The notes beneath the pieces were generated by a model, which saw nothing but the letters and a program-made list of their open reading frames with translations, was not told where the DNA came from and made no database searches. A program made the translations under genes and the position numbers. This document shows positions 1-12,351 of a stretch of 64,000 bases of DNA, one piece after another; within the stretch, counting starts at the first letter, position 1, and the number at the start of each line of letters is the position of its first letter. Location: contig CATNEN010000003.1 in assembly GCA_950097015.1 (NCBI GenBank), positions 4,650,001 through 4,714,000 on the forward strand. The letters are read 5' to 3'. Source of the DNA: Macrostomum hystrix (taxonomy: Eukaryota > Animalia > Platyhelminthes).

Positions 1-105
1 CTGAGTCCAGATTTATCCTCATGGGTTCTCATTTCTGAGTCCAGATTTATCCTCATGGGTTCTCATTTCTGAGTCCAGATTTATCCTCATGGGTTCCCAT
101 TTCCG
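1..105. repeat. 34-bp minisatellite (runs off window start)
   Basis: Unit ctgagtccagatttatcctcatgggttctcattt, about 3 copies visible. Confidence 0.9.
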
Positions 106-644
106 AGTCTATGTTTATGCCATCGCTTTTTATGATTAAAAGAAAATATGTTTTAAGTCTATTTTGTTCAAGCATGCAGAAGAAACTATAGACATAAATA
201 ACGAAAAATCAAACACCAAGTTGGAATTTTACTCTTCATGCACTTTTTGCCGCCTGTAAGTAGTATAGAGGCACTTGTACTTTATAATACAAATCACGTA
301 ATAAATAAAAATAAAGTAAACTATCGCAGAACCTGTAACTGAATTCGTCATCGTATAGTGGAACCAGTTTGAATCTGAAATAATCAATCTTGCTATATAA
401 GATCACTGTTCGTCCGCTACAAATTACATAAGCGAACTAAGTGTAGTCTAGATAGTTATTGATGCTTGAGAAACCAGGTGAAACAAATAATAATAGAGGT
501 TAAATTGTGCTCCGTTTTTTCATAGATAACGTTGCGTAAGCTGGCATAACACCACCATAGACAGGTATGAGAGAGGTAAAAACTGATATGTTTTACGTAA
601 ATATTAATCAAATCACTAAGGCATTATATTAGAATTGCAAAAGC

Positions 645-740
645 CTTCAGGTGACCAGCGACAGCAGCTAGCGAGGAGGCGAATCGGCCAATTCCGCTGA
701 CATTTGCCCCGACTTTCTCATCTTCTCAGAAGACACTAAA
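645..740 (-). mobile_element. Degenerate SINE family A relic
   Basis: Minus strand reads gatgagaaagtcggggc..cgcctcctcgctagctgc..ggtcacc, matching the body of the SINE A copies at 8190, 10874 and 44100. Confidence 0.6.
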
Positions 741-861
741 CTCCATCTTACCCAACTTAGCTGCAAAATGGTTACTTATAATCATCTAGGGTGAAAATTG
801 GGGTGGGTGTGATTGCCCTTTGAAAAGGGCATTAAGTGTACTTTGAAAAAACTGCACTCAC

Positions 862-3128
862 GTGAAATGACTTGGATTGGCCAAGCTCTTCTTGCGCAGC
901 GCCACAGAAGCCAGTCCATATCTGTCCGATAGGCCGGGCGAAAAGAAAGACTTCTTGCGGACGGCAATCTTCTTTCGCTCCTTCTCGGCCTTCTCTTTTA
1001 AGGCCAGCTGGCGAAAGGCTTCGGTTAGGGTGGACAATCGCTTGGAATTGTCCGTGCGAGACTCGGCACCTTGAGCTAGGGCTCGCCAGGACACGGACGG
1101 GGCCCGCTGATCCGCAATGCCACCGTCTCGCGTGGTCCAACTGGATTGAACAGATCATTTGGGAGGTCTAATGGTCCTGACAGCCACTCTACTGGTCCTG
1201 ACAGCCACTCTACTGGTCCTGACAGCCACCCTACTGGTTCTGACAGCCACCCTACTGGTCCTGACAGCCACTCTACTGGTCCTGACAGCCACCCTACTGG
1301 TCCTGACAGCTACTCTACTGGTCCTGACAGCCACTCTACTGGTCCTGACAGCTACTCTACTGGTCCTGACAGCTACTCTACTGGTCCTGACAGCCACTCT
1401 ACTGGTCCTGACAGCTACTCTACTGGTCCTGACAGCCACTCTACTGGTCCAGACAGCTACCCTACTGGTCCTGACAGCTACTCTTCTGGTCCTGACAGCC
1501 ACTCTACTGGTCCTGACAGCTACTCTACTGGTCCTGACAGACAGTCTACTGGTCCTGAAAGTGCCTAATTTACTTGTGCTGGCTGTAAGTCTACTTATCC
1601 TAAAATTAAAACTTCAAGTCATGAAAGCACTTTTATACCCTCTAAAAATAAAAATGGAATTAAACTCACCGACAGAAAGCACACACCAAATAGTAGACCT
1701 TCTGTACCGCCTGTTTATTTGGATCCTCTGGACTGGGCATTGTGGCCGAAGTTGCTCTAGTTGACAAAGTGTGACCACAACTGGGACAATCGTAGCAGGC
1801 ACTGCACCTGTTTTTCTTCACTTTAGCTTCTCCACTGGACATATAGTCCAGACAGTTGGGGCAGTATTGGCAGTCAACCTGACAAATTGATGGTCAAATT
1901 ACACCAGAATGTATATTTACAAGCTTATTTAGCCTACAAAATTTATTTGTACATACAAGATTTGTTGTTTAAGGCAACAAGAAAATGAAATTACTAGGCT
2001 TATTCAATTATTTAGCACTAGCAATTTGAGTTTTGAAACAACTGACAGCTAACAACAATATAATATACAATATTTAAGCACAAAAATTCTTGGAAATCTA
2101 ATATGACTATTTAACATATGAAGATTTAGCTATTAAACCCAATAATTTATACAAAGTACATGTTTATATAGCTAATATAAGCAATCAAAGAAACAATGTG
2201 GCCTCATATACTGACTTTTACAATTAACATATAGTTAGCCTAAGAAGAATAGGAAGGTATACTACATTTCAAGATTCTTAATATTAGCCTTGTAAAAATT
2301 TCCCATACTATAATCATGTGTAACTTTATTCTTAGTCTGTCTTTTCTACTCTTTTCTAAATTTTGTCTATAAAAATGTAAGAATTCAATATAAGATTTAC
2401 AAATTAGGACTAAAAGCAATTTATTTTTGCACAAAATATGCAAATTTGTCATATATATACATTTTTCAAAGTATAAATACTATAATACATTATTTTTCAA
2501 ATCTTAGTATATATAGCAGATACAAAATATTTTATTGGCTCTAGTAACTATAATGAAATATTATACTTATGGAAATAACAAACAGAAAAAACTTTATAAT
2601 AAATATATTGTTGAAGAATATAGCATTTATTGGGCTTTATTTATTAAGTTCATCATTAGATAGCTACTAAAGATAGTTATGGCAAAGATGAAGTTTAGAT
2701 GGTATTACTATTAGCTAAAATTATATTTATTTACAAATGTTAGATTAAGCCTATACTTATTAAGAATAACTAAATATTAAGTTAACAATGCCTACTTTAT
2801 TCCACAATACAAATTGAAGCACTCGAAAGGAAGTTAGACATAGTGATACATAGAATGTAGCTTTTGTATTACTTTTAGAAAAATTATTTCAAAACTTAAT
2901 TTTAAAATTTTACACGACTGATTGATAAAATATTCATTTTCAATATTTTAGATATAAGACTACACCAAATGGCTGCCTTTTACTGGTCATAAGTCTTACC
3001 TCGGGCAATACACAGTCTTGACAACGTAGCTCAAAGCAGTGTTTGCACAAGTAAAGTCGACAAAGAGGCTTGCTGATATTACAAGAACAAATGTAATGAA
3101 CAACATCAAGATTCAAGTAAGTAGCCAT
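862..3128 (-). CDS. DCTN4: Dynactin subunit 4 (p62), first three exons; gene continues beyond window start
   Basis: Exons 3128-3000, 1878-1670, 1140-862 join in phase at GT-AG sites. Product: [24 protein letters not shown]|[52 protein letters not shown]|[30 protein letters not shown]. This matches the Cys-rich p62 N-terminus. Confidence 0.93.
1172..1557. repeat. 21-bp minisatellite in DCTN4 intron 2
   Basis: Unit ggtcctgacagccactctact, about 18 copies. It explains the spurious [14 protein letters not shown] ORFs. Confidence 0.95.
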
Positions 3129-3554
3129 TGTTTTCTTGGTTTATTACAGCCGTAAGAGTCTTGGTATTAGTTACTTAAATTGATTAGAACTAATTTTCAC
3201 ACAACATGCGCGCGATTCTTATTTAAAACAATAAAAAAGATTATTAAAAACACACGGTTTCATAGAAAAGAAATAAAAATCGTTTTTGTGCTAAGTAACA
3301 ATTCTATATCCTCGTAAAATGTCGTCATGTTGTAGGCCTATTCATGTGCATGTGTACATAATAAATCGAAGTGATTGTACCAGATATATATATAAGGTGT
3401 TACTCTTTCAAGCTTTATTACATTTTTTCTAATTAATGCTATGATACACCGATACCTAATCATTAAGATGATTTGCTGAGGTAAAGACACGATGCTTTGC
3501 GCTCGATACAGCTTTTTTTGTTCTGCTTGCGTCGTAAAAAAATAAATATATTAA

Positions 3555-4040
3555 TTGCGGGAGGGCTGCGCACAATGGCACACCATTTGGCGACATGAGA
3601 CCTAAAACCAGCTAGAGGCAATAAAGACCACCATAGCATGATGGCTACTATATAGTGGTCCTAGAATAGGAATTCGACTGCCTATTTCTTTGAGTCCTGG
3701 GCAATGACTTCAAAAATTCGCCAATTAATCATCGAATAAGCAGCGAATGTTATGAACTGCTGTGAACACTCGGATCTGATGATTAAAAAACAGGCCTTCA
3801 ATTTTCAAATAACACCAATGTCGCGTCCACGTCCAATACATGAACGTTTACTTCAAAGTGCTGCGATCCTGACACCATTGGGAACATCTGTCTTGACTTT
3901 CTCATCGTCAGGCAGTGTATGTACACTCCTACTGTGCCTTGGAGGCTGGCCCTCAAGGGTGTAAATTACACGACTAACAACCAAGCCTTAATTTCTCCGC
4001 GGCTGCGCCCCAAATGAATTAATGTGGCCTCGTCGAGGAC
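3555..4040 (-). mobile_element. Fragments of SINE family A
   Basis: 3555-3620 matches the SINE A 3' end (gagggctgcg..aatggcacaccatttgg). 3885-4035 matches the body (gactttctcatcgtcaggcagtg..gccttggaggctggccctcaagggtgtaaatt). Confidence 0.7.
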
Positions 4041-4857
4041 GATATACAAATGAAAACATTTAAAAAGCCAATTGGCCCATGAAAACCATCGGGCGTGAGA
4101 TCGATACAACAATAAATTAAATTTATTTATTTATCTTTCTCAAAACAACCACATCTAGAATTTAACAGCGTTTTGAAACTCATCTATAGCAGCTGATGTA
4201 AATATTACAATTTGTAGAATAATCTTTATTAAATTCGAATTCCTTCAAAATTATTGCTAGGAAAAAGAAGAGATTTTTTAGCACCGAAACGTACCAAAAC
4301 TGTTACAATTGTTAGGTAATCTAAACATTGGCTCAGTAAAATGAAAAACAGGAAAATATGGGAGCCTATGATGCATACGTCGCGTTTAAAAACGAAGTGA
4401 TTTAATAACAATTAGAAGCTTGTAACAAAGCAGAAATCGCAGCAGAAGTTAATTGTAGCTTTGTAAAAACCGATTCCGATTCCGAATACCGTTTGAAGTT
4501 GAAGTTAAATTGAAGTTGAGGATTCAAAGAAATTATGGGAACACAGCAAAAGGAGTCTCAACATTGATTATACAGCTGGTTCTGGTATTATAAATGAGAA
4601 TTGTTATAGTCCTTGGTTCAAAAATATGTGCATACACGCTTGAGATTTGAGTGCCCGGAAATATGTGTAAGAATTAAGAATAAAAGCATAAAAACGTGCA
4701 TACCATGTGCATGAATATAACAAAATAATTGTTGTAGAAGGAGTTAGTGTTAGTTAGAAATCACAAATTGTTTTTGAAAAAATAGCAAACATTTGTCTTA
4801 AGTTGGACAAATTAATTTCCTCAGCTTAGTTGTTGAGTAAAAGCTTAAATGTCGTAT

Positions 4858-7800
4858 TCATTCATTTTCTGCAGGACAGAAAATGTCAAAGACGTTTGGG
4901 TAGCACCTGAAATGGTTGAAAAAAGAGCTGTTAAAATTTTTATATACCTTAGAGTACTATAGCTAGTTATTACGAGTTATAATTCCCAGCTACTAACCGA
5001 AATTCCCACTCTAAACTGTCCTGCATTTCAACTTCGCTGTAATCAAAGTTCCACCGAGTCAGATCGACTTCACTGCAATTGCCGGCCGGAGGAGCTGATG
5101 TCAACGTACTGGCGGCTTCATCTTCAACTGCTTCAACGGATCGCAGACCGCCACCACCGGTACCTCCAGTTGTGGTGCGAAATAGTTTAGCTGGCTTCAG
5201 GACAGACAGACGACGGAGCAAAGTCTTCTTGAAATTCTTGGATTGTTGCAATTCGCTCGGCGGCTCACAGGTTGGTCCGTTGTCACTGCTATTTGATCTG
5301 GGACCGGCTGAGACAGCATTAAAGTTGTCTTGATGGCTGCAGAGAAGCTGCAGATTGTTAAAAAGGCTAATGCGGTCACTGGAGGACTAACTATAGGGAG
5401 GTCTTTATTTTTATGGCGTGTCGTGGGGTTGTTCGGGACTTCGTGTGAGCAACAATTGAACTGAATGATCTCAATTGATATTTAATCAACATCATGCAAG
5501 ATAACACAAGCGAGAGGTGAGACACGTGAGAGATGAGACACGAGAGATAAGACTGGGGTGAGATGAGACACGGGAGAGATGAGACACGGGAGATAAGCCT
5601 GGGGGTGAGATGAGACATGGGAGAGCTGAGATTGGGGAAGAGATTAGAAACGGGAGAGATGAGACACAGGAGATAAGACTGGGGGCGAGCTGATACATGG
5701 AAGAGATGAGACACGGGAGAGATGAGACATGGGAGAGATGAGACACGGGAGAGATGAGACATGGGAGAGATGAGACATGGGAGAGATGAGACACGGGAGA
5801 GATGAGACACGGGAGAGATGAGACATGGGAGAGATGAGACATGGGAGAGATGAGACATGGGAGAGATGAGACACGGGAGAGATGAGACATGTGAGAGATG
5901 AGACACGGGAGAGATGAGACACGGGAGATATGAGACACGGGAGATAAGGCTGGGTAGGTCGTAAACATTACGACCATGAGGGCTACTCCCCAAAGGGAGA
6001 TTTTACTCTGCCTGACGATGAGAAAAATGAGAATGAGTCGACTGTCTCTAAATAACGCCTCGGTTCCCACAACCTTAAAAAGAAATACTTTTTTATTTCT
6101 TATCTCTCTACTTGATGCGCCGCTTCCAGCCATTGTCCTTTTCGGGGTAAGAACTTATTGAACATTACAAGTGATAATCACTGCTAGCTTACATGTAAAC
6201 CGCTATCTTCAACACAACTGCCGTCTTCACCGTCGTCCAGTTTGTTGTCAGCCGAGCTGCCAGCAGGTTCATCATCGCATAAAACTCTAGCTAGCTGGGA
6301 GGGGCTGCGATTGTTGCCATGGCAACCTGGCCTCTTTAGAGTGTCCTCCTGATTAAATAGCAGAGTTTTATGCGAGAAATTATATAAAAAAGCCATCAAA
6401 ACAAAGTCACCTACTCAAAGTAGACAGAATAGAATATTGCAAATATAATCTTCTGGGCCAAATGTGCAACCTGTGGCCCACTGGTTACAGTTTCGGAAGT
6501 CTTAGATAAGGCCCGGAGTTCGAATCTTGGCCCTAATTAATATTGGCCTTCAGCCCTCCTACAATTATACCAATATTATCGTCTTAATCGCATAGTTTCA
6601 CAGATCTGAGAAAAAGTAATAACCAGCGTGTACTGCATCAACGTGCCTAATATTTAATACCTCCTGTTTAAGTGACCTTAATTAAAAAAATCTAGTTACA
6701 TTAGTTGAACAATTCTTACATGTACATTGTAATTTTCATAAGAAATTTAAGCCAGCCATTTAGCGTACTTTAAAATGAAGCAAGAATTAAAAAGTTCTAA
6801 AATCGATAACGAACCCAAGTAAAGGAAGCTAAATGGTTGTGAAACGGTTGTTATCTTGCACAACACTGCACAGCCATATGACCACATGCAATATACTGAA
6901 AATTGGCATTATAATAGAGACCCGAAATGAACAGTGAATTTTCTATTCTAGACTAATTACGTAACAGCACCAACACGGCAGGCTGAAAGACGAATATATA
7001 AGTAAAACTTGCGCACCAGCGATAGGCCCACGACTAACAGCCCATGAAAAAGACAGCATTTCAGAGGGAAAGCCAATAATTTTTTCGCACTAAATCGCAA
7101 ACACAGATGGGTTCCTCCGATTCTAAGCTAGAGGCATCGATCAGATCGTCGAGATCTTCCGCAGCGCCAGATGCAGCCAGCTCTGCTGACATAGACGACG
7201 TTGTACTAGTGAAAGCACCATGTGGCATTCGATTTCGCCAGCTGGAAGGCAACAATTATCTCGGCCGTCTGTCTGATGCAAAGAAATTTGCCAGCAAAGG
7301 CGGCGGGATCAGTCTGAGAAGACGGTTGGCTGTTTCGTCATCAACTCGCCACGGTAGGCCTGACGACTCCGCTGGCAGCGACGGCAGCGGAGTCTGCAGC
7401 ACACCTTCGTCTTCTGTACTGTCAACAGCTGGATCCTCTCAGCCTCCGTTGACTTCAACGCCAGTATGGAGTCTGGCTGGTCAGTACCACTATCACCAAC
7501 AGCAGCAGCAGCAGCCAGCTGCCAGCAACCTGACGTCTCTGCTCGTGAAAAGCTTCGATCCTGTTGAATATGAGAGACGCCATCGTGAACAGAGGGAGCT
7601 GCAAAAAGCAAGACAGAGCCAGCGGCCGAAATCAGCTGCGACGATTCGAACCAAGGACAATCATCAACAGGCTGAAATAGGCCAGGATTGGCCAGACAAG
7701 CCCAGAATGCACCCACAGCAGCAGCAGCAGCAGCAGCCGCTGTGCCGGGAAGCAACGAATGAACCATGGCGCGAATGAAGCCACTTCGATTAATCAATTG

Positions 7801-10800
7801 AATAACTATTTTAGATGTTAACAAGTATTTATTAAGCTTTATTTTTTAGTCAAACGCTTTTTCTCCTTTCGTCCTATAGCATTCTATATCGTAACTTTCA
7901 TTCTGACAGCTTTTTATTTCCACAAATAATGTTAGATGTTTCTGTCATGGACTGAATTTTCCAAAATTTACTACCTTGACTTTTGTATGCTCTGCGCACG
8001 TGTGTGTGTGACAAACCATTCAACGTAACTGTTGTTAATTCTGATGTACTTGTAAAGCTTTAACAAAAAGTGACAAAAATACAAACACCTAGCGTGTTGT
8101 TTCTGCTTTAAGTCTTTCACATAAATTGTTTGAGTGCGCTGTCATCTTGTTTTTGAGAGTCTAAAGTGAAATGGGAATATAATTCAGTAAGTGGTGGCAG
8201 AGCGGTCTAACGAGTCTGATCTCGCAGCAAGGGTCCCTGAGCTCGATTTCGCGGCGGAGAGAAGGCTGGGAAGGTGGGAAGCTAACGCCATTGAGGGCCA
8301 ACCTCCAAGGCACAGTGAGAGTGTACCACTGTCTGACGATGAGAAAGTCAGGGCAGATGTACACACCTGTGTGCGTGTGTGCTCAGGAGTCAGCGAAATG
8401 GGCAGAATTGCCTCTGGCTGCGGGTCTAGTGCCACCAAATGATGTGCCATTGCCAGCAGCCCTCCTGTAATTATTATTATTATTATTAAATAACTCAAAG
8501 CTTTAGTGATGGCGCTCACCGCATCAGGTAGCCCTTGCCTTTGACTGTCGTCATGAAGAGGGTGGACAAATCGATCATTGTCTGGCTGGTTCGGCCTGCT
8601 GCTGCTGCTGTTGCAGGACTGGTCGGTGGGAAGAAACTGAACAGCTCGACAGCGATAGAAGCTCACGCACTCCAAATTCAACTGAAACAAAAGAACAATG
8701 ATAAAAAGTTTAATTGACCTCGATGTTTGATGCTAAAATTTCAATTCTGTTAAAATTATTTGTACAATTTTACTGCCTAATTTAGCGTCGTCTCCGTAAA
8801 CAAAAAATCGTATTCGTTATTGTTTTCAACTTCTATTTCGTCCGCGAGACTGGCCTGCCCAAGTTATAGAGTAAACCAATTTCACAAAATGTAACTTCTC
8901 TTTCGTCTCTTCAGCACAGCGATTTTGCGTCCGCTCTGTGAAATACGGACTTTGTCCTTGCCTTTGATCTTCGCCGACGCCGCCACCGACCCCGTCGAAA
9001 TGCAATTATAATAATTCTTTCGAGTGCTGAGAGATTTATGGCCCTGTGAATTTATGACCCCGTAGCACAGAATAACAAAAAAATTCAGGTAATTGGATAG
9101 CGCAGACTTTCACATCCAGCCGCTCTTGAAGCTCCAATCTTATTGGAGTGACAATACGCGCTCCTTTTGTTTTTTTTTCTTCCACTTTGGTGTCTTGCCT
9201 GAGACGTCAAAAATATAATGAAAGTAGAGGCCCATCATGGCCTATATTAATGTTTGAAGCCGGATAAAAAGAATGCAAGACGAAATTGAAGTTACTAATC
9301 GGGTACACACGAGCATCCCCCTCCCCCCTCCCCGCGGGCGAAATTTAAGTTACTTATAGTTTGAAATAGAAGTTGAAAACCAATAGTGGTTTAACGATTT
9401 TTAACTATCCGAAAAGTAACGAAAAATCTTGATTTCGTTTATCCGCAAATTTCGTTACTTCATTATCAACGGGATTTTTTCAACGATATAGTGCCAAGGC
9501 TGCTCACGTGACTCTCCCCCGTTGAAGTGCAGCACAATGCCCTCGAGAAATCGTACGCCGAATTTCTGGACGATTTTTTTAACTCTGCTTCTTCCCGGCC
9601 ATCCGTCGACTGCTCTATCTTTGTTTGCATTGCAACGACATCTAGAAAGCCATCGTTGGCATGGCAACCAGGAGACAGACCGTCCGGACAGTATCCTGAT
9701 TGACCGCTGATTGAGTAGACGCCAATCCAGGTGAAATGGCCGTTAACGCTGCGCCAACCATTCACCTCTGTGTCTTCGGTCGTCGAGACATCGCGAGTTC
9801 TGCTCGACATCAGATCTGAAATTGGCATAATTTCTAGTATGATTCAACGAAAGCATCTCATTAATTGCTCATATCTACTCACCGCTGAGCACGCTGCTGC
9901 AGTTGGAACTGTCGAGTGGGTCAAAGTCGCACACCTGGTCGATAGGCTCGCTTAACCAGTCAGCGCTTTTAATGCATTCGTTCGCTGCAGCTCGACACAC
10001 TGGGCAACTGCGGCGGGAGAGAAAGTTGTTACAGCAGGGTAGAAATGAAGCCACAGCTATATAGCTAAAGTTCAATTCTACCAGTCTTCGAAAGACTGTC
10101 TAGCTGTTCAGTCCGTGGACATTTTAAATTTGGATGAGCTTAACAGTAGAAAGATCACGGATGGTATTTCATATAGCAGCATTTATTCTATACCTCCTAA
10201 AATGTTTCATATTGATTAAATTGCTTGAAATGGGTATTTGAAATACAAAAACCGTGGTCTTTCCCCGGAGAAATAGCATGGTATGTCTACTGTTAAGCAC
10301 TAGGGATAAATTGTTTTGTTCAGGAATACACAAAGTTTCCATTTTAGTAGGCTGAGAATCGAACCTCCTACCGCTTTGTCTGCAGGGCGACGCTCTAACG
10401 ACAGCGCTACAGGCTCCCTTGCTAGGCACCAATTTTGCGACATCAGTCCCGAGAAAATCAACAGCCACTCACCCTATTGAGCAGCTCCGAAGAACATCCT
10501 TAGTTACGATTGAGTCGCTAGCAACTGGCAACTGCAGACGCAGCCGGCCCGCCACTGCCCGGAAGTCCGGTTTGGCAATCACGCTATCAAGGGCTCGTTG
10601 GTACTTGGTGTCCGGGAAGAGGCTGTTTTGATTGAGGCAGGTCAAGACAGCTGTTGGCAGGCCGTAGGCTGCATTGAAGCACCAGGTGTGATAGGTGAAA
10701 TGGCTACTGCTGCTGCTGTTTTTGCGGTTGCGAGACAGGACTCTTGTGCAGTTCACTGGTCTGGTCTGGCCTTGAACGGGTGATCTTTGACATTTTATTT

Positions 10801-12351
10801 TTATCTATGTTTTCTGACTCATTTTTTTGAACATCACGACTCACTAAAGACTCAAAGGGTGACATTTTTAGTTAATAATAATAATAAAAATAATTGCAGG
10901 AGGGCTGCGGGCAATGGCACATCAATTGGTGACACTAGACCCGCAGCCAGCGAGGAGGCAATTCTGCCCATTTCGCTGACTCCTGAGCACACACGCACAC
11001 AGATACTATACGCAGGCACACACTCACACAGGTGTGTACATCTGTCCTGACTTTCTCATCGTCAGACAGTGGTACTCTCTCACTGTGCCTTGGAGGTTGG
11101 CACTCAAGGGCGTCGATTGCACGACCAAATGAATATGGCCTCGCCGCGGAATCGAGCTCATGGACTTTGGTGCGAGAGGCAAACGCGTTAACCGCTCTGT
11201 TATGACACCCTGACATTTAGAGTTTTAAAGAGTGAATTTTTCAATCAATAATAAGTCAAGACTGAAGGCAAGATTGATATCATAATTGCAATTAAAAAAG
11301 AGTCCCTTGGAATGTTAAATTGGTTGCGATTAGCATTAAAAACCCGATGAACCCCGACCATCACCCACACGAACATCCCGGCACTAACCAACTAGCAAGT
11401 GAGCGATCGCCGTCTCGAAGTCGATTCCCGGACCGCCCATTAGGCTGCGCACAATGTCCGCATGCCGACCCGCAGGCAGCGGGCACAACGGTGGCAGTCT
11501 CGCAGGCGACTTCTGAGCCTCCAGCAGCGCCGCGCATACTCTCTGGACAGTGCCATCACCGCCGACAATAATCAAAGCATCACAACTCATCAGATTCGAA
11601 GCGGATTCTTTTGTCAAAGCTGCCAATTGTTTAGCATTCGCCGAGTCTATTCTATGCTCAATTCTTAAGCCAAACCGATTCAACGTTGGAATGAGAACTC
11701 GTTCGATGCTCCAATCGGTCGATGCGGCCGTGTTTATTAAAAGGCCGACTTGTTGAATCTGAACTCTTTGATAGTTTTGCATGGCTAAGCTCACTCGAGT
11801 CGACCAACCCTTGGCCGCTGCAACTCCGCCTCGAACAGGAGACAATGTCCCCTCCCAAAGCCGCCAACGACCTCTTGCGGAGCTGTCCACAGGTCGTCTG
11901 GCCACGATTTTCAAGCGGCTGTCGGAGTCAGGGTCATCCGCGATGTCAGCAATCTCTTCACTGTTGAACCGGTCAGCCACAATGGACACAATGTCGACAA
12001 GTGGAATGCGAAACGAGGTCGGCTGCTTTGTGGATTTCAAACGCAGACGGGTCGAAGCGGGCGATTTCCTGGCTGATTTGAAAAATGAGACAACAAAAAT
12101 TACTAAAACTGGCAATTCATTACGGTTCTAATGAAATACATCGACGTACCCTGCATCCAAACAATGGCGTCATTGTCTACGCTTACTGTAACTGAGGCTC
12201 CTTTAAAAAACCCTTTAACCTTTATTATTTTATCGACACTTTCTTCGCTCTGAGTTAGACTCTGATCAGATTTTTGTCGCCTTCTTGAATTTGAGGCCGT
12301 CGAAAACTGCTCAGTCTTTGGATTCTCTCTGGCGGGGTCAGGTAGACTCAT
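4858..12351 (-). CDS. Ceramide kinase-like (CERK/CERKL family, DAGK catalytic domain), 9 exons
   Basis: In-phase exons 12351-12150, 12072-11389, 10770-10473, 10007-9883, 9815-9508, 8681-8520, 6348-6193, 5386-4998, 4906-4858. Motifs: IIVGGDGT, PLPAG, CSIGCPVC (CERK CxxxCxxC), WRSVNGHF..GLSPGCHANDGFLDVV, VSFYRCRAVQF, WNFD..E, RCYPNVFDIF*. The last three exons are less certain. Confidence 0.8.
5515..5950. repeat. 16-bp minisatellite in CERK-like intron 7
   Basis: Unit gagatgagacacggga/gagatgagacatggga. Confidence 0.93.
7107..7778 (+). CDS. Uncharacterised low-complexity protein (223 aa), antisense and nested in CERK-like intron 6
   Basis: GC-rich ORF with polyQ tracts typical of the exons in this window. 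A branch point and acceptor (cactaaat..acacag|ATG) lie directly before the ATG, and AT-rich sequence follows the stop. Confidence 0.55.
   Translation: MGSSDSKLEASIRSSRSSAAPDAASSADIDDVVLVKAPCGIRFRQLEGNNYLGRLSDAKKFASKGGGISLRRRLAVSSSTRHGRPDDSAGSDGSGVCSTPSSSVLSTAGSSQPPLTSTPVWSLAGQYHYHQQQQQQPAASNLTSLLVKSFDPVEYERRHREQRELQKARQSQRPKSAATIRTKDNHQQAEIGQDWPDKPRMHPQQQQQQQPLCREATNEPWRE
8188..8490 (+). mobile_element. tRNA-derived SINE family A
   Basis: A-box-like gtggcagagcgg and B-box-like gagctcgatttc. The body has the gtgtac..ctgacgatgagaaagtcagggcagatgtacac hairpin, and the tail is (ATT)n. Confidence 0.85.
10300..10420 (-). mobile_element. Degenerate tRNA-derived SINE head
   Basis: Minus strand tgtagcgctgtcgttagagcgtcg..aggaggttcgattctcagcc contains A and B boxes. 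Confidence 0.55.
10874..11210 (-). mobile_element. SINE family A, near full length, in CERK-like intron 2
   Basis: Reverse complement of the 8190 element with an (AAT)n tail. Flanked by an imperfect TSD tgacattt(tt/ag)agtt at about 10860 and 11211. Confidence 0.88.

Noticed and set aside
640-760. DCTN4 exon 4 after ttttgcag at about 761
   Set aside because: It gives an immediate stop in the required phase, has no p62 similarity, and the sequence is a SINE A relic.
1146-1764. Repetitive ORFs ([21 protein letters not shown])
   Set aside because: They are translations of a 21-bp intronic minisatellite in DCTN4. The same applies to the ORFs over the arrays at 5391-6133, 24355-24732, 40470-41097, 44933-45940, 47936-48877, 49390-50377, 53189-53671, 54708-55091 and 56164-56768.
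7061-7255. Minus-strand exon of the CERK-like gene
   Set aside because: Its best acceptor is phase 2 while the upstream donor (8520) is phase 0. It is more simply the antisense shadow of the plus-strand ORF.
8330-8400. Hammerhead ribozyme in SINE A (CUGACGA..GAAA)
   Set aside because: CUGAC is sequestered in a hairpin with GUCAG, there is no stem II between CUGACGA and the nearest GAAA, and I could not build stems I/III with a cleavage triplet.
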